DNA of 63,510 nt, the filler included, from Psammoneis japonica (Eukaryota), in the NCBI GenBank assembly GCA_008632985.1. It is 3 parts of 3 records of this genome, joined end to end, with 100 filler letters (N's around TTAATTAATTAA, not from the genome) between each part and the next. Parts side by side here need not be neighbours in the genome. Positions count along the whole stretch, not along the records: positions 1 to 29,554 come from QPGO01000405.1; positions 29,655 to 58,341 come from QPGO01000404.1; 1 more part is not named here. One strand, 5' to 3'. This document shows positions 27,401 through 40,870 of this stretch, piece by piece; within the stretch, counting starts at the first letter, position 1, and each line of letters begins with the position of its first letter. The position numbers were made by a program, and so were the translations under genes. The notes beneath the pieces were generated by a model, which was given only the letters and a program-made list of their open reading frames with translations, did no database searches and was not told the origin of the DNA.

Positions 27401-27419
27401 CAAGAAAAATGTGATGTGG

Positions 27420-28620
27420 CATGGCAGTGCACAATCTGCCACAGATTGCACATGTCTGTGTCAGCACACCATCTTGTGGATGCAAAGTGTTGCTGTCACT
27501 CATGCTGACAACACTGGCAGGACCTGCATGACAACCAGTTCTGTGTTTTGTCTTTTTGCCCTTGTTTGACAACAAGTGCCAACTGCCCTGTGGTGTGTTG
27601 GCACTCCTTTTGTTCATGCTTTTGCATTTGTCATTTGAGTGCATCAGCTTCAGCTTTCTGCATCAGGTGTGCCACCACTTGGCACAAAGGGCAATGGACA
27701 GAAGAGCTGCATCATGTCAAAGGCCAATTGTTTGGGATTTGCCCATGCAGTGGCATGTGATGCAGCATGCATGACAGAAGCCATGGCTGAAAGGATGCCC
27801 TTCCCCTTGTCCAACTCCATGTCCCACACTGAAAATGAGCACACCACATTTCCAAGTGTCTGTTGTGTGCACTTTGCAGAAGTGCTTGCCTGTGGATTTG
27901 GATGCACCTGCACATGGCCAGGGAGGTTTGCTTCATGACATTTGCCCTGGTGACTCTGTGACACCTGCATCATGTTTGGCAGACACTTCCACAATCTTGG
28001 CACTTGAATCTTCCTGGTGCCTGGGCAGTCACAGTTGCTGTTCACTGTTGCAGAGTGTCTTTTCCAAATCACTCAATTTGGTGGGACCCCATGTCACATC
28101 CACACACAAGGTCTCCTGCAGGATTCTTTTGGCTGTTTTTTGGACTTCTGACAGCTTCTTGCAATGCTGTGTCTGGCATTTCATCTCCTGGCATTGTTTG
28201 CACTTGACACATGCAGAATGCACTGCAGCACTCATGATGCCAGGCCAGTGGAAGTGATGGGCAGTGGATGTTTCTGCACATGTCTTGCCAGGGCAGTGCA
28301 GCTGCTCATGCACCACTCAGCTGGTGGAGGCATTGTCAACACCTCCAGGCAGCACAACAATTTTGTCTTGATGGCATCCTGGCTGTTGTTGTGTGCCTCC
28401 CCCCACAAAGCACACAGGTGAAGGGTGAACTGGAGTGCAGTGCATTTGGCAAACATGCAGCTGCTCTTTTTGCAGCTGCACTTTTTGATGTCAGCTGCAC
28501 ATTCTGGTCTCCATGCGGGTTTGTGCACAACTTCTTGCACTGATGTTGCCCTTCTCAGATGGTGTCATGTTGGCTCCAACAAGCCCATTTTGTTCACATT
28601 TGCCAACTGCAGCATGACAA
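27420..28620 (-). pseudogene. Gypsy integrase relic, same clade as 52325-57330
   Basis: HCPGKTCAETSTAHHFHWPG..HSACVKCKQCQ matches CHPGETRTEISIAQHFYWPS..HSTCVKCDRCQ; TLGNVVCSFSVWDMELD also matches. Confidence 0.85.
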
Positions 28621-29145
28621 GCAACATTCTTCAGCAGAAAATTGTGTGTGTCAAAGCCTTGTGGCTCACACACTGGTTGTTGTTTCTCTCAAATTTCTGT
28701 CATCTCAGAAACCTTTTTGCACAGGTTCCAGCTCAAGTTCTGCAGGACTCAGAAGAAACTGTTGACAATCTGCATGTCACATCTCTAGACTGCTTCTGTC
28801 CATGCCAGTGGGTTCTCTTCAACACTGCTTCTTTTTCCCTCACTCTGAAAGCACTGCCTCTGTTGTGGATCCCTTTCTAGCGCAAGCATGAGTCATCCTC
28901 CAGTGTCCATTGATCATTCATTTGCTGTGCCTGTTGGCTTTTCTGGGCAAGATCTGGCATTGTTTCTGCATGAAGCCACTGACTGTCAGCTTGTCATGAC
29001 TCTGGATGACTGCTTCCATCCACACCAGTCAGTCTTCAATGCCACCTCTTTTCTTTGCTGTTCAATCAAGTCCTTTGCTCTTCAGGGTAAAAGTGTTGCC
29101 TCTGTTGCAGTCCTTGTGAGCATGAATGTGAGTTCACAGAAAACA

Positions 29146-29554
29146 AAGATGACTGGGTGGAAGAAAACAATGACTCCTTGCTGCTGTCTAAACAGCAGAT
29201 GAGTGCTCATGCAGACAATGTGTTGTGGGAGCCCAAAGACGGGTGTCATGATGTGGGTGCCACTGTCACAATTCTCATGAGCCAAGTGGCTCAAAAGCAA
29301 ACTGCATTGTGTGTCATGTGCAGAACTGAAAGCACACACATTTTTGTGCAACAAACTAAAATCTTGTTCAAATCCTGTCACTCCTCAGTTTGCTTGAGGA
29401 GTCCACAGCAGCAACAGATTCAAAGTCAGATTGACTAAAGGCCTCAGGATCAAAGTCCAAAACATGAGAGGATGGAGGAGGTTCCAACCCTGGGAGCAAC
29501 CCCAGTGTTTGCTGAGGATGTCAGCGGGTTGCAGAACCTTCAAGGAAGTCGAAC
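29146..29554 (-). mobile_element. 3' end of a Copia family C copy: RNase H tail, PPT, and LTR 29380-~29146
   Basis: Homologous to ~45640-46030; LTR starts TGACAGGATTTGAACAAG. Confidence 0.88.
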
Positions 29555-29654
29555 NNNNNNNNNNNNNNNNNNNNNNNNNNNNNNNNNNNNNNNNNNNNTT
29601 AATTAATTAANNNNNNNNNNNNNNNNNNNNNNNNNNNNNNNNNNNNNNNNNNNN
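29555..29654. other. Scaffolding gap with artificial TTAATTAATTAA linker
   Basis: 100-nt N/linker/N block; an identical block is at 58342-58441. Confidence 0.95.
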
Positions 29655-32600
29655 CGGTATTCTGCCGCTTAGAGTAACACAAGATGGGTGCTCGTTGGAT
29701 GAATGTCAGGATCCCAGCATGGGACCTGCACATCACACGGCATCCGGCGTGATCAGCATCGACAAAGCAAGTGGTGGTCACTCTAATCCCACGTGCCTCC
29801 AGCATGTTCGGCGGCATTGGTTCAGCTGTGCCAGGATAACATTGTTCCCAATCGCACTTGGTAAAATGACTCTCGTCAAAGACAGGCTCAGTGTCGTCGA
29901 ACACTAGCACAGACTTAGAGTGAGCCTTCAAGTGTGCAAAGATATGGAGCACCTCGTCCAGGTGTCCAACTCATGGTGCTGCTAAGTAGGAGGACATGAG
30001 CGAGACAGCGACAAAAATGTCCACTCGCCCTAGTTCAACTGCCCATCGTAGCACACCAATAAGGCCTTGGTAGCAGTTGGCCGTTTTGGCATTCAACTTG
30101 GGTGAACCGTCCAGTTCAGGCCTGTGTCCCGAGCTCAAGGGCGTTGACGCCTTCGTCGGAAGGCGCCTGTCAGTTTTCTTAAGCTCTAATTCAACATCAG
30201 CTAATGCATTTTTGACATGAAGGTCAGAGGACATAGCCCAGCGTGTCTCACTGTCCGAGTCAGACAGCTGGTGCTTTCTGATCTGGGCACCCAAGTGCTC
30301 TTCCGGCTCGCAGACACTTCCGTCCTTGAGCGTGCACCTAGAGCTCATATAATCCATGACCTTCTGAGGTTCATGGGAGATGCACAACAAGTCGTCCACG
30401 TAGACAAGTACATGTTCCCAACACTTGAAGCCATCCGGCTTAACCGCAGCTCGCATCCAGACATCTGGGTCAGCCTTACAAGACTCAAACCCAGCATCAC
30501 GCAAAGTGGCTGCCATGTGTTCCCTAAATCTTGCACCTGAAGACTTGAGACCATACAAGGCTCGGACAATAATCACCGGCCTTCCCTCGTCATGCTTCCC
30601 AAATTCCAGGCCAGCAGCAGTGTAACACTTTTCCTTAGTGTGTGCGTTCAAGCAGGCATTCTGAACGTCAGCACTCAGGACCTCCACGTCATTCAGAGCT
30701 GCTATAGTGAATGCTATCCTAATGCTGTCACGTGATGCCACGCTGGAATAAGTCGATTCCTTGGGTGGATCGGTTTGATGGCCTCCGGCCACGAACCTCG
30801 CTTTACGTTGGAGGGTGCTCTTGATGTCAAAGATCATGTGACAATCAACATGTTTGTACCCGACCGGTGCAGTATCGTCATCGCGGAATTCGAACGCAGG
30901 CATGACGTTACGCATCTCCTTCTCGACAGCCTTGAACCAGAAGTCAGTCCCCATTCTGTTATCTATCTCCACAGCTTCCTCAACAGATTTTGGGAGTTCA
31001 GTTCCGAACTTATGCATGCGTTTCCAGTGATGCGAGTTGACTTTCTTCAGGATCCTTGACCTGCGATGCAAGACGTCTCGGACCCACCAGTTAAAAGCTG
31101 GTTCACTAGCTACCTTGTTCGCTACAGCGTACTCAGCAACCTCGACTGGATTGGATTCCTTCAAATCCTTGAGAGGAACCCAGGATGTAGTCCCATCCTT
31201 CCATTCGACTTGTGGGTCCCAGCCTACGGTCGTCCTCCTAGGAGCACGCCTGCCAGTCTTAGTTGTTGTGTATCCGTCATCAGCGGTTGCGGCACGGGCA
31301 TCACGTCGGTGATCGACTGTCTCTTTCATAATCTGGCAGGCATTCCCTTCAGAGTCTATCTGAGCAAATAGGTTCTCTGCAATTACGTTAGCAGTGTAGG
31401 AATCAGTGGATCCATCAGGAAACTCCACATCGCACATCCTCGAGTCTAGGACAGGGTTGTCATTCCCAGTGCCAACAGGAACCCCGTCGCCATCTCGTTT
31501 GCGTGCAACAACCCTAGCATGAGACAGCTCGCCTCCACGTGGTAACATGACTTGAGCTGTGAGGTGTTCATCTAGCCCCTCCGGGGTGTGCTCATCAGCT
31601 TCCGGTTTGGAAGCGTCGGGTTCCGAGGGTTCAACGGCATCGTCCCATTCATCCAAGAAGTCGTCAGGGAGTTCAGGGAAGCATTGGCATCCTGTTCCGG
31701 GATGTTAAGCCGTTCGATCAAAGCCTGATCGACTGATGCAAGATCCGCTTGGATTGCCGGAGTTTTAAGGTCCTCTGGTGTGGCCCACACATCTTTCCGA
31801 ATGATGGGTCTGCCTGATTCGGGCAGGAAAATAAATGCCACATCGTCAGTGCAGTTGTCAGCCACTCCGAGCCAACGGCCGATGCACTTCTTCTCATGTG
31901 GGAACTCCGCCACAGGCATGTAGTGACAGACAGGTTGATGCCAATCAAAGAGAGAGAGGGACGAAATATCAGGTGTTGAACCTGTCACCTCTTCTTCTGG
32001 GACTCGTCCTCCCACATCCAACATGCTATTCGCAATCATGCGTCGGATGTCACATGTCCATTTGGCACTATAGGACCAAAGTCGCCTGTGAGCACCAGTC
32101 CGGTGTAGAGTCACGCGGACTCTCTTCTTCAACTCATGAATGGATGCCTTGGCTAGGTTCTGCCAGGGGCTGTGCGGGGTGGACACCTCCTGGTGCATCC
32201 TGCATTCCTTGCAAATCTCCTTGGTCTGGCCTTCCGCCATTTCCGGCGTGCCATCCGACACAAGGACTTGTGTTGCGCCAACATCATGTGTGAATGACAT
32301 GATGGTGTTTGGGTGGTCCTGTTTCCTCTTCCAAGGATAGAACCTGTCACACCCTCTTCCATTGGTAAACACACTTCCTCCTATCTCACCATGTGTCAAT
32401 TTAACCTTCGAAAACATCTGGTCAGAGTAGAAGCGTCCCTTGACAGCAGGGAACTTAAGCCACGGGGCTTTCTTCCGGACTTTCCGTTCGGATGGTGTGT
32501 GGACATTATGGACCCCTGCCTGGGTCGTCACTCTAAGGGTGTTCTTAGCGGCCGTCAGGCCAATGTTCCACCTTTTAGAGAGCATCTCGGGTGTGACAGT

Positions 32601-34946
32601 CGATGCACGACTCGAGGTCGACAGTGCATGCACACCCGTTTCCGCTCGGCACAATCCGGGTGGACATCTGGGTCATGCCGGTCGTGTAGCCCGTCTCCCT
32701 CAATGTCGTTGTGGGAGACATTTACCTGAGCAACCAGGCGGTGATACAGAGAATCGTCGTCATCAGTGTCCATAATGACATTCTCGTCGTGATAGGACGT
32801 TTGATGTGAATGAATTGAAGCGACACACCTGGTCGCATTCATCATCATCGCCTGTCCGTCAGACTTTACTGATCCTTGGCGTGCACCAGCACACACACAT
32901 GCTTCCTCCTTTTGCGCCAGGGCATCAGTAGAAGGCTCCCATCTCAGGGGTGATGTGAGTTCCAGCCGGGGAAGGTTCTCCAGATCCTCCTTTGTCGGCT
33001 TGTGTGAGTCAAAGACTGAAGCAACACCTCGTATGCGCAATGGCATCCTGATCTTCGAGTCAGGGAAAGCAATAGAGTGTGTGCTGTTGGGATCAAACTG
33101 GCGAGGGGTGTCGTGGACAGTCAGTCCATTCGCTCGCAGTTGGTTGGGACACAGCAGAGTGTTAGTCATCCTGTCCCCGAAAAACATAGCCTCATGGACT
33201 AACAGCAGGCATGGTTGTCCATTAGTTGGATCAACCCACACGGTAGCAGCCATGCAAATAGGAATATTTTTCATTGGTGCATGCTCTTCGGAGTAAGGGT
33301 GTACCACGACAGTTCTGTCAACATCAGAGTGCATTACAAAATTGGATCCAACAGCACACACATCAGCGTGCGAGTCCAAATCATTGGTTGCTTCACCATC
33401 TGAATGTCCAGCAGATGACAAAGAGATGTGTGTGTCCTTTAAGAATCGCCTAGATAAATGTATGGTGCCAGCAGGTTTAGCAACAGTCGGTTCTATACCT
33501 TTTAGTGCTGGTGCAAATATTCATTCCTCTTTCTGAGGTTTCTTGTGGGCGCTACGTCCAAACTGGGTGCCTGCATTGGCGGCAGGTTTATCCGACTCTT
33601 CGGAGTCCTTTTGTTCATCAGCAGGTTTAGGTTCAGGCTCGGCAATAGCCACCTTCTTAACAGCGCACGTTTCAGCATCGACCGACTCAGCCTCCGAGGA
33701 CGCAGCTGCAGCTTTGCGTTTCTTCTCGGCTTTCTTGGCATCGCGGAGCTTCTTGACTTGCTCTTGCTCAGGACCGTCAAGAGCGTTCCACTCTTCAATA
33801 GGATAATGGCCTGCCCTGATCCTGGGCTTATCCTTTTTAGGTTGGTGCTTACCGCCAGGGTTTCCGCGCCGGTTGTTGCAGCGTTGGATGGACGCGATTC
33901 CACGAGCATCAGCGTTGCGGTTCTTGGCATTCTCTACCAGAGTCTTCACACACTGCTGGCATGCTTCGAAATCCGCTAGCTTTGTCGGGTCTCCATCCAC
34001 TGCACTCTCACCAGTTTCCAACCTGGGGTCGGAGATGCCCTTGAGAAAGTCAGAGACCTTCTTGGTCTCGGCTACCGGTTCATCAAGCTCGGACAAGTCA
34101 TTGTGAGCCTTTTGATGACGTTGAATGTACTGGTCAAAAGTAAATTGACCCCGTCCGGTGTACTTCGCGGTAGCAATCTATGCACAAGCATGGTTCTTTC
34201 GGGCAGTGGCGGCAGCCGATCCTTCAGCCTGCCTCTTGAGGGCAAAGAAAGCAGCACGACCATCGCATTTGCGATGTTGGAAGGTTTGACAAAAGCCCAT
34301 CCGGGCCCCCCTGTCACTAACTTCTTCAAGAGATCATACAGGCGTTGCCTGTCCTGCATGTGCTGAGCTCCTGCAAGTCGAGTAGTGGCAATGAGGTCTT
34401 CGTCAATGGCAGTGTAGGCAGCAGCCAACATTTCGGCGGTGATGGCTTCATGCTCCCTAATTAGGTAGATAAGGGGTGCGCCGGTAACGGCACTGCGGTG
34501 GTGGCGTAGTTCGGTCTCCAGTGACTCTTGGAAGGTAGGCCAGTCATGTGGATTCTTGAGTTCCACGGCCGTCTTGGTAGCCGATTCGTCGTCCGAGTCT
34601 GCTGACTTGAATTGTTCCAGTTCTGTGAGACGTGCCGTCCATGTCCCAATAACGTCACCAGTAAAGAGAGCAGCAGTCGGCTGTTGATTCTGGGCTCTGC
34701 GGCAGTCAATCCATGTGCGCAGTGCCTTGAACTTGCAATTTGCCAGGTATGGGAAGCGGACTTGGGGGTTAGCGGTGGCATCCACGCTCTTCATAATGCC
34801 CTTAGTCACATCAGTGATCTCTGCCAAAGGGACCTGTTCCAAGTCCTCAACAGTGGTAAAGCCTTGACCGGCTATGTAGGTGCGCGTCTGCGCATTGTAT
34901 CCACAACGCGTAAGACAAGTGGTGTAAAGGCTGCGGCAGCGGCCAT
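29655..34946 (-). mobile_element. Near-complete Copia (CoDi-type) element B: gag-PR-INT-RT-RNase H, frameshifted
   Basis: gag 34946-33521; PR LDSHADVCAVG; INT LVSDG..PHSPWQNLA; VEWKDGTTSWVPLKDLKESNPVEVAEYA; RT KARFVAGGH, ALYGLKSSGA and YVDDLL; RH FVDADHAG and YSKRQNT. INT precedes RT, the Copia order. Confidence 0.95.
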
Positions 34947-35829
34947 GGTGCATCAGTAGTTATTCGCGTTTCGACGCGTGAGCATCCACTTGTGTGAGTG
35001 GAGAAAAGTGAGAAAATGTGTGGTTCTCGTGCCGATTTGGCGGTTTCTACTTAGCGAACCAGCAAGCAGGCAGTGTTACTCCTAAGCAATAATTTCCAAC
35101 AGACATGTATCCACATGTGCAGTGTCTAAACAATTTGATAACGTATTTTGGTTAATCAAATGTATGTGATCAAATAACAGACCTCAATGCAAACAGACCT
35201 CAATGCATAAATCATTGTGTCAAGAGTCAGAAGCTGCTGGGCTGTGACATCCCATTCGTAGTTGTGTGCTGAGCTTCCCACCCGGTCCGTAGAGTTGTGC
35301 TGGCACATCCGAACCCACAGCTTGTGACACTTTAGGTTGCCTGAGAGCAGAGTAACGGGTTTAAAACCCCTGCTGACAAGCCAACTAGTGTTGGTTGGAT
35401 AACCTGATCCTCTCAGAGTTGCCCTCGTGGACCTTGTAGGACTGTAGAAGACCAGCAATCCAGTGTAGATACGAGGCAGTAGACTTGGCGTGCATGAAGC
35501 AGGGCCAGAGTCAAGGGTTTATATCCTGTGTGCGTGAACGCGAGCGGATGTATTGGTCTGTCTGCCAACCAGGGTAGAATCCGCTACAGGGAATCCGGAA
35601 TCTCGGATGCCTGAGAATTCGGGAATTCCTGACCAAACAAACATCCGTTGAATAAATGTGTCCAACGATGGGAGGCATTGGATAAATCCAAATGCATGGA
35701 TTTAATCCAGTGTCCAGCAGCAAAGAAGGTAGGCACACTTCCACCACCAACGGTGTGCGCGTCATCGAATTTTTTTTTCGATGATGATGATGAACGCTCA
35801 ATGGACAAGAATGAGCGAGACTGTTAATC

Positions 35830-36081
35830 TGACAGAAATTGAAGATGGCTGGGTGGAAGAAAACAATGACTCCTTGCTGCTGTCTAAACAGCAGATGAGT
35901 CTCCGTGCAGAGACCGTTACAGGAGCTGAAAGAGTGGTGTTGTGATGTCGGTGCTGCTGTTTTTATTCTTGTGAGCCAAGTGGCTCGAAAGCAAACTACA
36001 TGCGTGCGGAACTAAGTGACAGAAAATGAAGATGACACACAATCATGTGTGACAAACTAAAATCTTGTTCAAATCCTGTCA
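35830..36081 (-). mobile_element. Isolated LTR of Copia family C
   Basis: Matches 45633-45872 and 29146-29380; no PPT next to it. Confidence 0.85.
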
Positions 36082-38350
36082 CCGCAACAATGGCGGCATC
36101 AGTCAACCATCCAAGAAATTGAACTATTGGGACAAGCCATTGATGAGCTGATTGAGAGTTTTGAGTCCGACAGAGGTCGTTGATGATGTCCATGACGAAA
36201 AAATATATCAAATCAGGCTCTGACAGTGAAGTTGGTTCCAAAAACCAATGGTCGACGCGTTCCAGCTCTAGGTGGGACCTCGCACTACTGAACTGTGACA
36301 TTGACAGTTTTTTGGATCGCGTCGTATGTCGCGCACGTACATTTCTACGTGTGACACTCTACTAAATTGTTTCATACTCCCTGTTTTGCGAAGCCAAAGG
36401 CTTTCTATTTTCAACATTTATGAGAATGAAAATATGCTGGGTACATTCTTTAATGTCTGAAGAACACACCCGGGCAAACTGTCAATGATGTACTCCAAGT
36501 ATGAAGGAGGAGATACATTCGTAAAATTGCCTCTTTTTCTGTTGGCGATCATACATATTTTCATTGCAGTATAAATTTACTACGGAGCTCGCACGTAGAA
36601 TTCTACGGGCCCAATGTCACACGGAGTCCCACCTAGGACTGGAACCCATCGGTCGACATGTGGTGCCCAAGCATTCCCAAGTGAATGAGAGGCCCAATCT
36701 TTGAAAAAAGAACACCCACATCACAGACTGAAGTTTTTCTGAAAAGAAACTAGCAAAAGAGTGCAAGGGTGGCTCTGAAAGAGACCCAAAAATATGATGC
36801 TCTAATAGAAATTGCACGCGGTTGCGTGACGACAGCAGAAACACCTCTGTGAAAGAGGAATTGAACTCTGTGATGATCTAGGTAGTTCACAAAAACAATT
36901 GAAGTGAGTTCCTTGGCAAAGGAACGAGAAAATAAGAACAAAAATTATGACTCTAAAACGCTCAGTGAACAAAACTGTCAATTTCGAAAAATTGACCCGA
37001 TCGATTTCGATCAAAGATTCACACTGCTCGAGCAGCACAACTTGTTGCAGGACATCTAGCAACCCAGAAAAAGCATCATAGTGTGTTACACTAGTCCCAT
37101 TGTCTCTGTTTATATGACCACTTCTCTGAGAAAAGCAAAAAACAATCTTCTACACGTTCTTCTTGATGCAGAACATCGTCAACCATAATTTTGCGCAAAT
37201 TCACGCGGAAGTTGAGAATGAAGAAATCCGCCACCAAAACTTGGGAAACCAAGGGTGGACTCTTCACGACAGACAGTTGCTGTTCAATGCAGTTCTCTTT
37301 ACCTGAATTTGACAACCATATGACAATGTGTTAACAACACACATGTTGATAACACCCAATCTTCTTCAAGTCCATGTGGGGTGTGATCATGTGATGTGAC
37401 TTAATGTCCAGTCTTGGAATCACATTGGACCATGCAAATATGAAGAAATCAAATGGGGAGAAACAACTGCCCCATGAAAAATGTTGATGCACTCTTCGAT
37501 GGCGATGTTTTCCAGCTGAAAACCAATCACATTGAAAAACACAATGCCATGAATAGAGTTGACAACGGGACCAATGGTCCTTGACTCACATTGTCACGCC
37601 ATCAATTCTAATCAAGTGACTGCTGCAGCAATGCATCTGGCCCAAAAGAATGTAACCAACTCAATCTTCTTCTTAAGATGTTTGAAACCCTTTTGAAAAG
37701 CTCCTCAGACAAATGAATGGGAAGAACCAGTGGATCTCACCATGAAAAATCTGGTGCGATTCCACGATGCGTGAGAACATTCTCCTGTCATGGTCTTTGG
37801 AGGCATCCAATCAACAGGAATTTAACCAATTATGAAAGATTGGAGTCTTAAAAATGAAATTACTCTGAACAAATTGCCATGAGACTCATTTTCTAAAGAA
37901 AACAGGTCGAGTTTGACCTCATCCGACACTCAGAAGCTTGGCAAAAGGTTCACACACACAGTGCATCCTTTGCCCAATAATCAGGAAATGCTGTTGAAGC
38001 AAAAACATTTCACACATGTGTTATCTCATTCGCGATTCAAACATGGAACACCACCATGTCAAATAAAAAGCACACATCGTGCTCACACGAAAATGATGCC
38101 GTGGGGGAAAATGAGTGCCATGGACCTCCAATGAGAATCTATAGAGCCCCAGACATTTTCATACAACACATGAGCAAACTCACAACAGGTTTGGAGGAGT
38201 TGTCAGAATGACCATAAATGATCATTTGTTCCTGACAAAAAGTGACTTCAAAACATCACGGTCCTAAGGCAGAACAGCAGACCCCCATTGGAGTGCAGAC
38301 ATTCTGCACTACAACGGAAAAAACTTCTGTCCATACACAGTGGAAACACT
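36082..38350 (+). pseudogene. Decayed Gypsy fragment (gag end, protease, RT start) carrying a MITE
   Basis: Colinear with 40550-40860 and with reverse complements of 40865-41640 and 44650-45430; HPLPNNQEMLLK and MPWGK RT remnants. Confidence 0.75.
36253..36651. mobile_element. 399-bp MITE, copy 1
   Basis: Imperfect ~25-bp TIRs (CGACGCGTTCCAGCTCTAGGTGGGAC / GTCCCACCTAGGACTGGAACCCATCG), flanked by GT..GT; second copy at 46618-47016. Confidence 0.85.
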
Positions 38351-39096
38351 TACGAAATTCTAGAATGTGTTGTTTGGCCAACACATTAATGCATCTACAG
38401 ATCATAAGACACAAGGGGCAGAGTCATGTGTTGGCGACTTATAACAGGAATCTACAGTCCCCAAATAATCTGTTGCTGTTTGAGGAAAAAAATGTCACAG
38501 GGTTCAAGAGAGAGAGAGCAGAGGTGTCTCTCTTTTTCTTTTTTCTTCGACAACAACTTTCCAGGTTCCTCTCAACAGTCACATAGAATTGCACACAAAA
38601 TGAGCACTAGAATTTGAGATGCAGGAGGTTCTGGCAAATCCGTTGAAAGTACGGAGTTCTTTGCCATGATGTGATTAGCACTGTAGTTAACGTCAATGAT
38701 GATGTCATTCGCTAATCATCATACTTGTGCTACTTACATCGCCCATAAATGTCCACAATAAAGATCAATTTACAAGGGATAACTTACTGTCTGATGACAC
38801 AGTGTGTCACACATCAGCATTTGTCTGTGTGGGATTTTTCTTTGACACACACACCATGTGGCATTTTTATCCATGCATGCAGGGTCACCGATCTAGTGTT
38901 CAGCATTTGTTGTTCCTATGATTACTTGTCCGTTAGACATTGTCAGCAAAGAAATGTGACAAATGCATTTTTTGTAACTTGCATTCGAACATTTAGTCTT
39001 AGTTTAACTTACGTCATCAATGACATCACATGTGTGCATCAAGCTGTACAGTGCGCTTGCATGCGTCAGAACCGCGCAGGTCGGAACTGACTGACA

Positions 39097-39493
39097 CCGG
39101 CCTGGCGGCGGGCGTGGAGAAGCATAGACCTCAAAGCTCTCGTAACAGCTCTTCATCTGCATCTCCCTCATCACTGCTGCTATCAGTGCTGGTGTCAATT
39201 GCACTTCCGTCCTCGCTCGACTGAGCATCAGAAGTAAGCATGCGCAAATATATTGAAGGATTGGTGGTCCATTCCTCTTCATCCAGGACCCATGTAGGAA
39301 AACATCCGATGTGTCTGATTTTGTCAACAGGATTTTATTTATGTAAATAACAAACACTACATTTACGGTCAAATATAGAAACAATGTCATTTCTATTTGT
39401 GAACATTACAATCTGGTGAAAGCAATGCGTGAAACAAAAAAAAAAAACAGATCTATTTTTTAAGTGCTGTCACTCCTTTGCCAGCCAGGCCGG
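39097..39493. mobile_element. Possible ~397-bp MITE
   Basis: CCGGCCTGGC...GCCAGGCCGG termini, CA on both flanks, AT-rich interior; single copy here. Confidence 0.4.
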
Positions 39494-39619
39494 CACCGGC
39501 TGACCCACACTCCCAGTGCACAGTTAAGTGCAGCAGGAGCTTTGCAATGTGCGTTGTTATGTACATCATGTGTGTGTGTATAAAGATGTTAAATAAATTT
39601 GTGCTTCAATCGTACGTCA

Positions 39620-40870
39620 ATCGTGGGTTCGTACGAAGGACAGATCAATCACACAGAATTGATCGGATGTCGAAAATGGCAAATACGATCGTACGATGAT
39701 GTTGACATCTCACGTCAATGTCAATCATATCCGGACAATCTGTTGTCACAATCTCATTCTCCGAAAGGCCTCTTGTCTGTAGGAACAGCACAAATGCTTT
39801 AGGCCATGCATTGAGAACTCGTTCGGAGAAACCCAAAATGATTGAATGGAAATAATTATCATAATTTTCACTTTTCACACTTGATTCTACTTTCGTTTGT
39901 GCTCATTCTTTGAGCACAGTGCATTGTGCACACACACCACAGAAGGTAACAAGTCAAAGATGAAGCTTTCACCTCATGCAACTAACGCCAAGACTTCGTT
40001 AAGGCAAGAGAAAATCGTTCCTCAGCCGTTGGAATCGAATTCCGAGCTGAAGAGGCTCAAACCGAGTCAGCACCTCAAGATGGAGCAGTGTTTTCATCCC
40101 GAGAAAAAGGACAGTCGTACCTACACTGTCAATGTCGAGTGCTGCAAGAAGCAGGGCATTCCCAAGTACATCAAATTTCTCAAGAGCTACGATCAACTTC
40201 TAGTGGGCCAGAACATCAAGAAGCAAGCGGATGAGTTCCGTCTCATGCACATGCTGTTGCAAGGAGATGCTCTGCGTGCTTTTGAGAATGGAGCGATGAA
40301 TGTTGAAGACAAATCTGAAGAAGGAAGCTTCAAGAAATGCCTGCAGCAACTAACGCGACATGTGTTTCCCAAGAACGCACTCCAGATTCAGAAACGTTAT
40401 TTGCATCGCAATCTCAAGAAGCCGGACTCCATGAAAGCACGCGAAATCGCCGCTTGGGTCCAGGAAGTCAATGAAGACCTCAAGTTCTATCCTCCCTTTG
40501 GAGAGGATCAGAAGATTGAGGAGGACGAGCTCAAGGACATCCTCTTTAACCTTGCACCTCGAAAGTGGCAGCGTCAGTTGACCGTCCAGGGTTTCGAAAT
40601 TTTGAAACATGCCTGCAACAAGTTGGTTGAGTTTCTGGAGCGCCTAGAGGTTGCAGAGGACGCATTTGAAAGCGTTCATGTCAAGGCTGATCCCAGTGGC
40701 AGTGCTGGATTGAAAGCCAAGAATGGTTCCTAACGTGGTTCCAAAAATGGTCACCAACATGGCACCAAAAATTCTCAGTCCGACAAGTGGTGCATTTTGT
40801 GCAAAAAATCCACTCACAACACGGACAAATGCTGGTCGATTAAGAAACTAGCGAAAGAACACCATGGTGG
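39620..40870 (+). mobile_element. Gypsy 5' region and gag (ORF 39960-40733, then zinc knuckle after a stop)
   Basis: LLQGDALRAF, VFPKNALQIQKRYL..LKKP, PRKWQRQL..QGF and LVEFLERLE; WCILCKKSTHNTDKC at ~40790-40835. Confidence 0.85.

Noticed and set aside
12170..29100. Hundreds of short Cys/His/Gln-rich ORFs as novel genes or metal-binding peptides
   Set aside because: They occur in all six frames, almost lack Tyr, and follow from loss of TAA/TAG plus TG/CA enrichment. The recognisable ones are TE relics.
29599..29610. TTAATTAATTAA palindrome (also 58386-58397)
   Set aside because: Centred in fixed 100-nt N blocks, so it is an artificial scaffolding linker.
29146..36081. One full-length Copia bounded by LTRs at 29146-29380 and 35830-36081
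   Set aside because: Those LTRs and the adjacent RNase H tail belong to family C, whereas the internal pol is a different lineage (B). An artificial join lies between them, and I saw no TSD or PBS.
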